DNA of 64,000 nucleotides from Octopus vulgaris (taxonomy: Eukaryota). The notes beneath the pieces are model-generated. The model saw nothing but the letters and a program-made list of their open reading frames with translations, had not been told where the DNA came from and searched no databases. Below are positions 42,881 to 53,725 of this stretch, one piece after another; position 1 is the stretch's first letter; every line of letters starts with the position of its first letter. Both the position numbers and the translations under genes were made by a program. The DNA lies in assembly GCA_951406725.2 (NCBI GenBank), contig OX597823.1, positions 2,294,001 through 2,358,000 of the forward strand, read 5' to 3'.

Positions 42881-45786
42881 ATAACACAAAGAAGAACTTG
42901 TTCTCTTCTTCATAACACTACTCCCCTCCCTAGACCTTTGTTGACCCAAGAAAAGTACCTGACATTTATAAATATCCAAAACTTAAACCTAAATACATTA
43001 ATCATACAGGAAATAATCCTTAAACTTCTGGGGTCTCTTCCTTTACCACTTCTGAGGAGATTCTTGGTCCCCCACTGGTGTCTTTTGATTCTCTGCTTGT
43101 TTCATTTCTTCCTCTCTGTGACTGTCTTGCTCTTTCACTTCTTCTTCATTCTCCCCAGTACCTTCATCAAAAGAGGGTTCCCAGCTGAACTGGCCAGGCC
43201 CACAGACAGTTCACATACACAATCTTAGCACAAGACCTCTCGACCCTCAAATCCAGTGTGTCACATTGAACAGGTGATGCATCACAGTGTACAGTTCCTC
43301 CAATGGACTCTGCAGCTTTGGCACCTGTTCCTTTTTCCTCTGGGCATTAAGACAGCCACACTTCATCTCCCTCCTTGAAGTTGACCTCACTGGCCCTGGC
43401 ATCATGCTGACATTTCAGTACTTTGTCCCTGTCAGTCTCTCTTGCAGATGTTTCATATTGCTATTCGAATGTTAATTTATTGATGCATTTGGGCAAACCT
43501 CTGTCTCTATTATCAGACAATTTCAAAACTGTTTAAAAAAAGCTCAAAACTCTGCAAAAAATTCGCTACAAATTCTTTGTGGTTCAAAACGTTGCTTTTT
43601 ACTCAACCTGATATTATTTCTGCTACTTTATTGCTGTCTCTTGCATTCTGGAGTTCAGATAGTCACCTAGTATTATGTGCCACTATAATTTGTGCTAAAT
43701 TGTCGCTTGTGGAGACAGCCAATCTGATATTGTGTCTATTAAAGGTTTTATGGTAATTGTTAAATGTCAGAAAACAGTTCCCTACAGCAGCAAAAAATTG
43801 CCCCAGATTATAAGAAGTTACTTGTGTACCAAATACTGCGTTATGTAATCTTCAACTTACCAACTCTATTTTGGATTTCTCTATTCTTATTAAGGGTCAA
43901 CCAGAGCAATTCTTTCTACTGCGGTGTTTGGGATCCTAGTTTACATCATCCATACTCAGCATATTCCTATTTTGGCCTCTTCTTGCTTATTCTATTGTTT
44001 TCGCTATGGTGTTTCACTGCATTTTCTTTACCATGTTCGTCATTGATAGGTTTAAGGTGGTCAGCTGGCAGAATCGTTAGCGGACTGGGCAAAATGCTTA
44101 GCGGCATTTCATCCGTCTTTGCATTCTGAGTTCAAATTCTGTCAGGATTGACTTTGCCTTTCATCCCCTCAAGGTCGATAAAATATGTACCAGTCATGTA
44201 TTGGTGTTGATGCAATTGACTTTTCTCCTCCCCTCTAATTTGTGGCTTTGTACCAAAATTTGAAGCCAATAATTATTATGTAAAAAGCACCATTCAAGCG
44301 TGGCTGTTGTCAGTGCCGCCTGACTGACCCTCATGCCAGTGGCACATAAAAAGCCCCACTACATTCTCGGAGTGGTTGGCATTAGGAAGGGCATCCAGCT
44401 GTAGAAACTTTGCCAGATCAAATTGGAGCCTGGTGCCCTCAGTCAAACCGTCCAACCCATGCCAGCATGGAAAGTGGACGTTAAACAACAACGATGATGA
44501 TAGGTTATTTCTTTGCAGTTAATTCCCCTGTTACTATTTCCAGCCCCTTTCTCTTGGTCTTGCTATACTCTTACAGAGGTTTTGAGTTCATTTTTTCCCT
44601 GGCTTATTAATTATTTTGTGGATTCCATTGATGTTTGTATTCATCCCAGTTTGATTCCCACGGCTCCATACCAATCCGTCCTTACAGCTTGCTTCTTCTA
44701 ATACATTGCTATAATATTTTTCATTTCTTCTAAAGATCTCCTTATTCACTGATAATCTAGAGATGTGGGTCGAAATGTTCTTGATAGTTAGAAGCTTTCT
44801 TCCCAACTAAATGGTTCCAGGTTCAGTCCCACTGTGTGGCTCATTGGGCAAGTGTCTTCATCTATAGCCTTGTGAGTGGATTTGGTAGACAGGCACAGGA
44901 AGACGCTCATCATGTGTGTGTGTGTGTGTGTGCCTTCCTTTGTGTCTGTGTTTGTCCCCCACCACTGCTTGACAACTGATGTTGGTTTGTTTACATCCCT
45001 GTAACTTAGCAGTTCAGCATAAGAGACCAATAGAATAAGTACCAGGCTCTTCAAAAACTGAGAACTGGGGTTGATTCCTTCCAGGCAGTGCCCCAGCATG
45101 GTCACAGTCTAAAGATAGAAACAAGTAAAACATAAAACAGATTCCATTATGGTTTTGGGATGATTTCTGTTAAAACTGGATGTTGTCATTGAGTTTATGG
45201 AATGGTTGGTATACACCCATAATCAAATCTAAGGTAACACTGAAGAATTTAACCTTAGTGTGCCATCTTTTAGGGAATGGGTTAAGCCTAAACCCTTGAA
45301 GAACCTAAATAACTCTTCTCTGTACTTTTTCTAGTTTAACATTGTTGTGTTTATGTAATGTGAATAGAGGAATATACAATGTTTATGTAATGTGAATAGA
45401 GAGCCACCCCTATACAAAATCTTCCCCCTCCCCCCATTCGCAGAAATATCCTACTTATACAGAATAGGGTTTATATCCCTCCAAGGTCGGTTACCTGAGC
45501 TGAATTGCTAAATGCCATGCTGATGTCAAACATACTTGGTCTGTCCTTTCTGACCCATTTTCTCTCCAATTCAATAATAGATTTTCTAGCAGTTAATATA
45601 TCTTACTTCCTCCTTAGAGAGATTGGAATTTTTTTTATCTGTGTGTGTGTGTGTGTGTGCTTCATTGTTGTTATCATTCCACCACCACCACCACCACCAC
45701 CCTCTCTTTCAATTCCTTTTTTATTTTTGTAGAAATGCCAAACTTCTTTTTGTCTTCTTTCTGACCTTTACATCTTCCTCCTCCTC

Positions 45787-45833
<47 letters not shown>

Positions 45834-47528
45834 CTACTTTATCCTTCAACACCATTTGATCTCTGAATGAAAGAAATCTTTTAACTGTTTGAGGAAAACT
45901 CAGATTTAAGATTTCTCTTCTTCCTCACAGCATAAAATTTATTCTATTGCTTGAATTATAAATCTGTGCTTAAATTAGCCTGAATTAATTATCCCAATGT
46001 TAATTATCTGTTAGACGCCAACTAAGTTCTGTATATTCTTCATTATAAAGATTTGCTTCCGTCCCCATTATAGCTAGCATTTTGATAACCGGCAAATGTC
46101 TCTCTCTGTCCTTCTTCGCCCAGAAGAAATCACTGTTGAATGGAAGTGGTTTCCTGGCCTACATAATTACAGTTTTTCTGGAGTTGAGGATAATGGTGAA
46201 TGCCATCACTGTTCATTCACTCCCACACGCTTTTACATAACAGCAATGACATAGAAATGAAAGCCATACATATGTAAAACACCAGACAATGTTAATGAGT
46301 TGTGTTTGGGTGTGAATGAATATGATGCAATAGTTTTTGCCAGCGTGTAACTCAGTCAGTCATTTTAACCCTTTCGTTACCATATTTCTGTTCAAATACA
46401 TTGATTTTGCAAATAATGAAGGATTCAGTGAAACAACTTTGTCGTTATTAAACTGATTTTTGGAAGTGAAGTCAGTGGGAAATTTTGATGGGAAGTTTTC
46501 ATTTGGATCACTTTCAAACGGGAGAATTGTCTCCTGGAACCAGGAGCAATCTCAAGCAGGTTGATAGCAAAAGGATTTCTGATATTCTTTGAAGCTTTTG
46601 AAACTTTCTAAAAGAAACGTCCTGATTATTTACATCATAAGTTGTGACCCCCTTCGGTCACAGATGACCATGGGATTGCACTTAGAACATGGGATTAAAT
46701 CTTTTCTGCAGGGACATAAAATTAACTTTTAACACTTAGAACCCTTTTCTACCTAAATGACCCTGCATTAACTTGAAGGACCCTTTGTAACACATATTTA
46801 CCCACCTAACTGATATGAGTAGAATTATTTAAAAAGCACCGATAGAACTATCTCCACCCCAATCTCATTTTATTCTTAGTGTAATACTTCTAAGGTGATA
46901 GACTGATTTCCAGGTGTACATCAGGTGCCGATGACATTTATACAATTAAGTAAATTCTGGCTCTTATTTCTCCATTTTCTCTAAATAAAGCACTTCTGTT
47001 CACTATTAGGAATTCAAACTTATTTAGGCAACATATTTATATTAGCCTAGACGAAGATTAGTTATTAATTTTAATGAGATTTAGACCTATAAGGATAAAG
47101 GTAATAATTTTGATGTCAACATGGGATTAACTCTACACAGGGTAACCAATCTTAGAGGTACTGTATTTTCAGGCATATAAGGTCCACCCTAATTTTGGCA
47201 GGCCTGATCTGGAAAAAAAAACAAAACCTGCAGCTAGCCCCAAATCCTCTAGCTAAATGTCTCCCACATTTTCATGTACAGGAACCATGAAAATTAGCTT
47301 GACGCCCTTCAGTAAGCTATTCTGGTAGGCTAAGTTGCAATTACCTTAACGATACCAATTATCACCACAAGCCTCCCCTATCACCAGTATTCTCCATCAT
47401 TAATAATGCTAACCACTACCAACCAACAATAACTGCCAAGAATCACCATTAGTATTATCAATCTGAACTGCTGACACTAGCAACGGCCACTTCTAATTTA
47501 AAGCTTTCATCACCACTCAAGCAATATG

Positions 47529-47560
<32 letters not shown>

Positions 47561-47924
47561 TCACTTGTAAACAAACATGGTGGTGGAAGTTGTGACATCA
47601 TCAGAACTTACAATGATGAAAGGGCCCCGTGTCCTGAATGTAGGACACGGGCAATCTTGTCCCCCCCCCCCACTCACCACGATTATCTGTTTTTTTGTTT
47701 TCTGTATAACAGTTCCACTTCTATAATAAATCTCAAAACAAGATGTAAACAGTAACCGCTCGACAACGTAAAGTATACTAGCCATCTCAATATGGCTAAC
47801 CACAAAGGGTGGGCGTTACTGTAGCTTTTGGCCCCAAGAGATCATCGTCTCCAGCTGGCTTTAGGCACACTTTCTGTGCCCTTATGGTATTTGCAAAGGG
47901 AGGTCATCCCCTCTCGCAAACCTA

Positions 47925-47986
47925 AGCGATACTCACGGACTGCAGTTTCAAGGTAATTTGCCTCTTGTCAACATACGGCAATCACC
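47925..47986 (-). ncRNA. Type I hammerhead ribozyme, U3:A8 core variant (downstream of the Tx1 ORF2)
   Basis: Minus strand: GGUGAU-ugccgu-AUG-UUGACAA-GAGG-caaauua-CCUU-GAAA-CUGCAG-UC^-CGU-gagu-AUCGCU. Stem I has an internal loop, stem II has 4 pairs, stem III is the palindrome ACUGCAGU, and the cleavage triplet is GUC. Confidence 0.75.
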
Positions 47987-48226
47987 GGTTTACGATTATA
48001 AAATCAGTACATAGAAGAACAATACAGGACATACAAAAAACAGTTAAGTGGTTCGTTTAAAAATTTCCACAATATATGGATTATTCATTATACAAAAAAC
48101 TGTATTTAAATTGTCCTTTGCATTGACTAATATAACATTACATTAGATTGAAATCTTACCGATATATTTTAAACCCCGGCAACCAATAAGGCCCCGCAGC
48201 TTTCCTTTCCTCTTCTCCATCCTTAG

Positions 48227-51200
48227 TTAAACTGGGTTTCTGACACCCACCTTTTTCGCCACTTCCTTCCATCTTTTTTCATACACACCTCGTGGTAAGG
48301 TCTTCTTTTCCAGCCCCATTTTGCTCCTCAGATGATATCTGAAGTAAGTGAGCAAGCCGGGGCCTGAGACAAAGGATCCTATTGCGACTCCTTCCATTCT
48401 TGTACGCCACATGCATTCTTTTACTACTGCAACCGTGCAGTGAAAACATGCCTCACCTTCCTTCGAGAGTCCAGTTGGCGGTATCATCTTAATCATAGAC
48501 TCAGCCGACAGCTGTACTCGTCCCAGATGCGATAACACGTGTTCTGCGTAACTTATCAAGTCTGACAACTGCCGACAGTGTACAAAAGCGTGCTGGACGG
48601 TTTCATCGTCCAACCCGCATCTTGGACATGTCGGTGGCACTGAAATTCCGTGCCGCGATAACTTCTCGCGAACAGGTAAAGCATTCCTATAACACTGCCA
48701 GGCCAGGGATTTTTGGAAATTATCCAAATACCCCGTCCCGAAAGTCTTTTTAAACAGGTTGGTAAGCTGGTCCTCGTCGAACCCCAGAGCCCCTCCTAGG
48801 ACGTCGTCGTTCTTTGCCTCGACCAGCCTGCTATAAAATACCGAGGTGGTATTTCCGCAGCCGGCCTTGCCCGCCTTGTGGATCAGCGTGAGTGCCTGTC
48901 GACACTCCTTTTGCCATAAAGTCAGATTCCGTCTTTTGATGCAACCGGGTTTAAAATTCACTAAGGAAGCCGGTCTCGGGAAAAATTCCCCTGCCAGCGG
49001 ACTCCACACCTTATCACCCTCCAGGTGGTGCCAGAGATGCTTCAGCCTCAACGCATGCCTGCGCATCATCAACCAAGGCATTCCTAACCCACCCTTTAAC
49101 GGTTCCTGGCAGCAAACGGAGCGCCTCACAAGTGGCTTTCCTCCCTTCCACAAAAAGCAGAAAAGGATTCGCTCCAACTTGCTAAGCCATGAATCGGGCA
49201 AGGGACAACGGTCAGGCGGTAAGTGATTACAGATGCAATGAACATCTGTACCACCTCCGCCCTTCCTTTCAAGGACAGAAACCTTCCGGACCAGGTCCGT
49301 ACTATGGCCTCCACCTTGTCCGTCACCTCACTCCAATTCCTCTCCGTTTGGGAGTCTGACCCAAACCAAACTCCTAGCAACTTAACAGGACCATCTGTCC
49401 AGTGTCCCACGACACTGGACGATATTGACTTGCTCCTCCAGGTGCCGAGGCGTAAGCCAATCGACTTGTCCTTGTTAACTTGTGCTCCTGCCACCACCTC
49501 GTATCCTCTGATAGCATCTTCTACACAAGGTAGCTGAGCCTCATTGGACATGATGAGGGTGACGTCATCCGCATAAGCAGAAACCGTCCTCCCGCCTCCG
49601 ATCTCATCCGGGTTACTTCCCAGCCTCTATAACTTTTGCAGCAATGGCTCGAGAGCCAACACGTACAAAAGTGGTGACAAGGGGCACCCTTGACGAACTG
49701 AACATTCGATCGAAAATGGTTCCGTTAGGTAACTGTTTATCTGGACGGTGGACTTGATGCTGCTATACATAGTGGAGATCCACCCGCGAAATTCAGGGCC
49801 CAGTCCAGCCGCTTCGAGGACCGTCGCCAGGTACTTATGGTCTACCCTATCGAACGCTTTACTTTGGTCTAAATGGACCATTACCCCGCCCTTACCCACC
49901 CTATCTAAGGTGTAGCGTATAAGGTGAAGATTGTCCTGGATCGACCTGCCTGGAATTGCACATGTCTGTGCTTTCCCTACAAGTTTCTCCACGACAGTCG
50001 TCAACCGTTTTGCCAACACCTTGGCCAAAATCTTTAACTCTACATTAAGTAGAGTTATGGGCCTGTAATTATTAATGTTATCCCCCTTACTCGGGTCTTT
50101 CTGGATTAGCGTCACCACTCCCTGGCTTACAGAACTGGGAATTCTCCCGTTCTGCTGCCAGTTCGCGTAGACGCCTGCCAGTATTCCTCCGAACAAGTCC
50201 GGCATACTTTGATAAAACTCGTAGGGTAGACCATCCAACCCCGGCGCATCCGGCCAGTACCCCCTCTATCTCCGTGGGAGTGATCGCTCTTTCACAGCAC
50301 TCCACCTCACGCCCCGAGGGCCGCGGTCCGCCGGCTAGGAAGTCCCTTCCCCGAACGCGCGGGCGAAATGCTGGTGAAGAAACTTTTGCATCTCCTCCTG
50401 TCCATAGATCTTGTGTCCCTGTTCGTCAGTTAAAGACTTGATTGAAGCTTTGTTACCTCTCTGACTCTCCACTCGACGGGCCCATCCGGCAACGTTAATA
50501 CCTTCTCGTTTCCCTGTGCGTTGCTTAGCTCTAACTCTGCAACCTTCGTGTTTGGAGTTAAGGTGACGGTACAATACCGTCCTTGCCGCCATCACTCCGG
50601 ATGCAGAGCCAGATTCCATTGCCTCGTTTAGATTCTTAACTAAATCGTCCTCTATCCTAGACCTATCTAACCTTAGCTGATTGCTAAATCTAATGGACTC
50701 TGAATGAATGGCTCCTTTGAGGGAGTGCCACCATCTATTGTTAATGATGGTGCCACACAATGCCCTCTGTACTAACACCTTAATCCGGGTACGGAAGTCT
50801 TCATAATTCAAAATAGACTTGTTCAGCTTCCAGTACCTGGGTCCCTGTCTATGACACTTATCTAATTGCACCCTACAAGTCACAAATTTGTGATCTGTGT
50901 AAGGCACAATGTGAAACTGTGGACAACTAAACGTATCCTTATCTCTTTTCCTAATGAATATCCTATCTATATACGATCTGCGTGAGCCGTCGTTGTTACT
51001 CCACGTCCACTGTGGAACGCTGGGCTCATCCAGTCGATAACGGTCTACTAGATTAAAGCTCTCTAGTAGACCCTTGAGGCTAGGGTTCCCCTTCCTATTG
51101 GTTGAGCCAACACTGTCGAACCGCGCTTCAAGGACAGTGTTAAAGTCCCCTACTAAGACTACCGTTTTCGACGTCACTAAAAAGTGCTCCAGATTCCGAA

Positions 51201-51558
51201 AAAAACCCGACTGCCTACACTCATTCGGAACGTAGACAGCTACCAACCTGAAGGACTGTTTACTTACATGGGTCACATCCAGAACGACCAACCTGCCTTC
51301 TGGGTCCAGAAAGACAGTACTTACCTGCAAGTCCAAGCTCTTCCTGATAAGGACTTCCACGCCCCTTCCTCCTCCTTGGCTAGGAGAAATAAATTTCTCA
51401 AAACCATTTAGAAGAGGCGAGAACGTTTGGGCCCCGTTCATCTTGGACTCGGTTACAATAGCTACATCCACTCCGTGTGTCGTGAGGTCGTTCAGGAGAC
51501 AAATTTGTTTCCATTTCGACCCCATTCCACGCACATTCACACAACCCAGCTTTGCCAT
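48227..51558 (-). pseudogene. Tx1-like ORF2 (AP endonuclease, reverse transcriptase, zinc finger) split by several frameshifts
   Basis: Consecutive pieces 50335-51558, 49627-50238, 49126-49551 and 48227-49201 in canonical domain order. Indels may be real decay or assembly error. Confidence 0.9.
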
Positions 51559-51711
51559 TGTCGGAGAGAGAAAAAAAAAAAACTTACGGTTGGGACAGGG
51601 AGCATGACAGTTTAAATCTGCATGCTTCCCCTTCTTCCTCCCTTGAGGTCGTAGCTGCAGGGCTCTTAACCGGCGTTGCCATCGGGCTCTGGGTAGGTGT
51701 GGTTGCCGGGG

Positions 51712-52996
51712 TTATAGTAAGTTTGCCCTCCAGTATAACAACCTCCTGATAAGGTTATTTTTTAAATGTTCTTGGAGTGTTTTTTCCTTCCACTCGTCTT
51801 CCTTTATTTTTGCAAAACGAGTGGTTGACTTAGTGTCTGCAGACTTACTGAATAATTTCAGTTTTGAAAATTTAAAATACTTGAACACTCTATCGTTCCT
51901 CTCGTCGAATGCTACAATCTTTTCATTTTTTTTAATCAATTTTTTCCAATCTTGTTTTATGGGGAGGGGCTTGGCGAACTGTGTTCCAATGAATACAGTG
52001 CCGTGGGGGTAGGGCTGGGGAATTTGTTTTGTATGTATCTCTGCGGTGTTTGCTGATTTTTTCTTTGTTTGCGGAGGGGAGTCCAGGGTATTTTCTTTTT
52101 TTCTTTTGTGTGTCACCTGTGTAAATTCCATTTGTTCATTTTTATCTTCCGTTTCAATTCCCTTCCTTGTCGCAGTCTTAGGGTCTTTTTCTGTGTTTGA
52201 AGCACTTTGAGGAGGGGCTTCGCTGTTTTTCTTTTTTTTTTATGCAGTTCGAGCGAACGTGACCCTTTTCACCACATTTGAAACACCTAGGTCTGCGCCC
52301 CTCCACTGACACTCTCATTGTAATTCCCTCCTCAATAAATGCCCTATCGGGTAAGTTTTCTAGCACATTATTTTCTGCTTGAACGAGGAGTTTGAGCGCT
52401 TGTCCCTTCCAGTTTACCTCCTCTTTCCTTTTCATCTGCAGAATTGAGACTTTCTGCTCTATGTCGTGCAGAACCGCTGCTGCTACCCACATCATATATC
52501 CTCTTGGAATGTCTTCCACATATAGTTTCGCAGTTCTTTTGCCCATATAGGTAGGTAGTAACATGATGTCCTCACTTTTTAAGGTCATTGATGAAATCTC
52601 TCTTGCCACATCAGCCGAGTTGAAATGTGCTTCGACGGTATCGCTGCGGGCACCTCGACCGACATAGCGAATTTTGCTCCACACCAGGGTCAAGCACTTC
52701 TCTACTATTTCGTTCTTCACGTCCATTATTTTTTTCTCTTTGTTACTGTAAACCTTGTATACTACTGTCTTGGCCTTTATTTCCTGTAATATCACTTGCG
52801 GCGTTACCAGTTTTATTTCGTTGCCTTCCTTTTTGACCAAGTTCCAGTATTCGAACAACTGTTCTATTTTGAATTCCACTTCCGTTACGGTTCCGCCCAT
52901 TGCGGCCGAAAAAGACTGTTTTCTAACCTCGATATCCTTCTGTTCGCCTTTTCCCATCACGGGAAAGTCGCTCCTCGACGCCAAGTCGAACTCCAT
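51712..52996 (-). pseudogene. Tx1-like ORF1 (gag-like CCHC zinc knuckle), interrupted
   Basis: ORF pieces 52178-52996 and 51712-52131; CX2CX4HX4C motif. Confidence 0.85.
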
Positions 52997-53322
52997 TTCT
53001 CAAATTATGAGAACCAATTTTTCAAAAAAAATTACCCCGAAGGTAATAACAATGTTTATACACAGAATTTTCAGCCCCGTAGGGCGAAAATTACTGTCAC
53101 ACAACGGACAACTGTTCAATTCACGAGCAAACACAAACAACGACGAACAAAAAACAAACTCACTCAACAAAATAGGCAGCTAACTTCTCAATATGCAGAT
53201 GAAAGAGGGGTCCCTAGACGAGTGACAAACCACCAGGTCGCGATGGAAGAGAAAGCTGCCTTGCAAATATATAAGTTTTTCTAGTAACGTCTGCCACTGA
53301 TTTCGAAAAACTGACAGTAAGC

Positions 53323-53725
53323 ATTATTAAATCTCAGAATGAGATTGAAACAGTAATCGCTCGATAATGTAAAGTATAGAAGCCATTTTAACATGGCTAA
53401 CCACATAGGGGAGGGGGTGTTACTGTAGCTTTATAGCCCCAAGAGATCGTCGTCTCCAGTTGGCTTTAGACACCATTTCAGTGCCCTTGAAGTATTTGCG
53501 AAGGGAGGCCATCCCTTCCTTGCAAGCCTGAGTGATACACTCGGACTAGTTTCGGGATTTTTGTCCCTTGTCAACAGGCGGTAACCACCAGGAGACAACG
53601 ATCTCTTAGGGCTATAAAGCTATAGTAACACCCCCTCCCCTATGTGGTTAGCCATGTTAAGATGGCTTCTATACTTTACATTATCAAGCGATTACTGTTT
53701 CAATCTCATTCTGAGATTTAATAAT
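53323..53725. repeat. ~135-bp inverted repeat (53323-53457 / 53591-53725) enclosing a hammerhead-bearing spacer
   Basis: The arms are reverse complements with about 5 transition differences (ATTATTAAATCTCAGAATGAG... / ...CTCATTCTGAGATTTAATAAT). Confidence 0.9.
53527..53592 (-). ncRNA. Type I hammerhead ribozyme, U3:A8 core variant (upstream of the Tx1 ORF1)
   Basis: Minus strand: CCUG-GUGGU-uaccgc-CUG-UUGACAA-GGGA-caaaaa-UCCC-GAAA-CUAG-UC^-CGA-gugu-AUCAC-u-CAGG. Stem III is the palindrome ACUAGU. Stem II covaries with the other copy. Proximal stem I has one C-A mismatch. Confidence 0.75.

Larger units (their letters stand above)
47690..53260 (-). mobile_element. Near full-length Tx1/L1-clade non-LTR retrotransposon (ORF1 plus APE-RT ORF2), frameshifted
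   Basis: ORF1 carries the zinc knuckle CFKCGEKGHVRSNC. ORF2 has an APE domain (CVNVRG, VGDFN, SYIDRIF, TDHK), RT motifs (YRPITLLN, DQSKAFDRV, QGCPLSP, AYADDV) and a C-terminal CPRC...ETVQHAFVHC. Both ends are approximate. Confidence 0.92.

Noticed and set aside
46124-46195. Isolated 72-nt exon candidate after a pyrimidine tract and CAG
   Set aside because: Weak donor (GTGAAT), no partner exons and no recognisable homology; it adjoins a small inverted repeat at 46201-46328.
47815-47890. Twister- or HDV-like ribozyme in GGCCCCAAGAGATCATCGTCTCC
   Set aside because: It lacks the twister GUCCCAAGC/GCRGAG pseudoknot partners, and the HDV P1 and P2 pairings are not kept in the second copy.
53175-53260. 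HDV-like ribozyme at the Tx1 5' end (closing stem GGCAGCT/AGCTGCC)
   Set aside because: A stem-loop exists, but no L3 loop or nested pseudoknot could be built.
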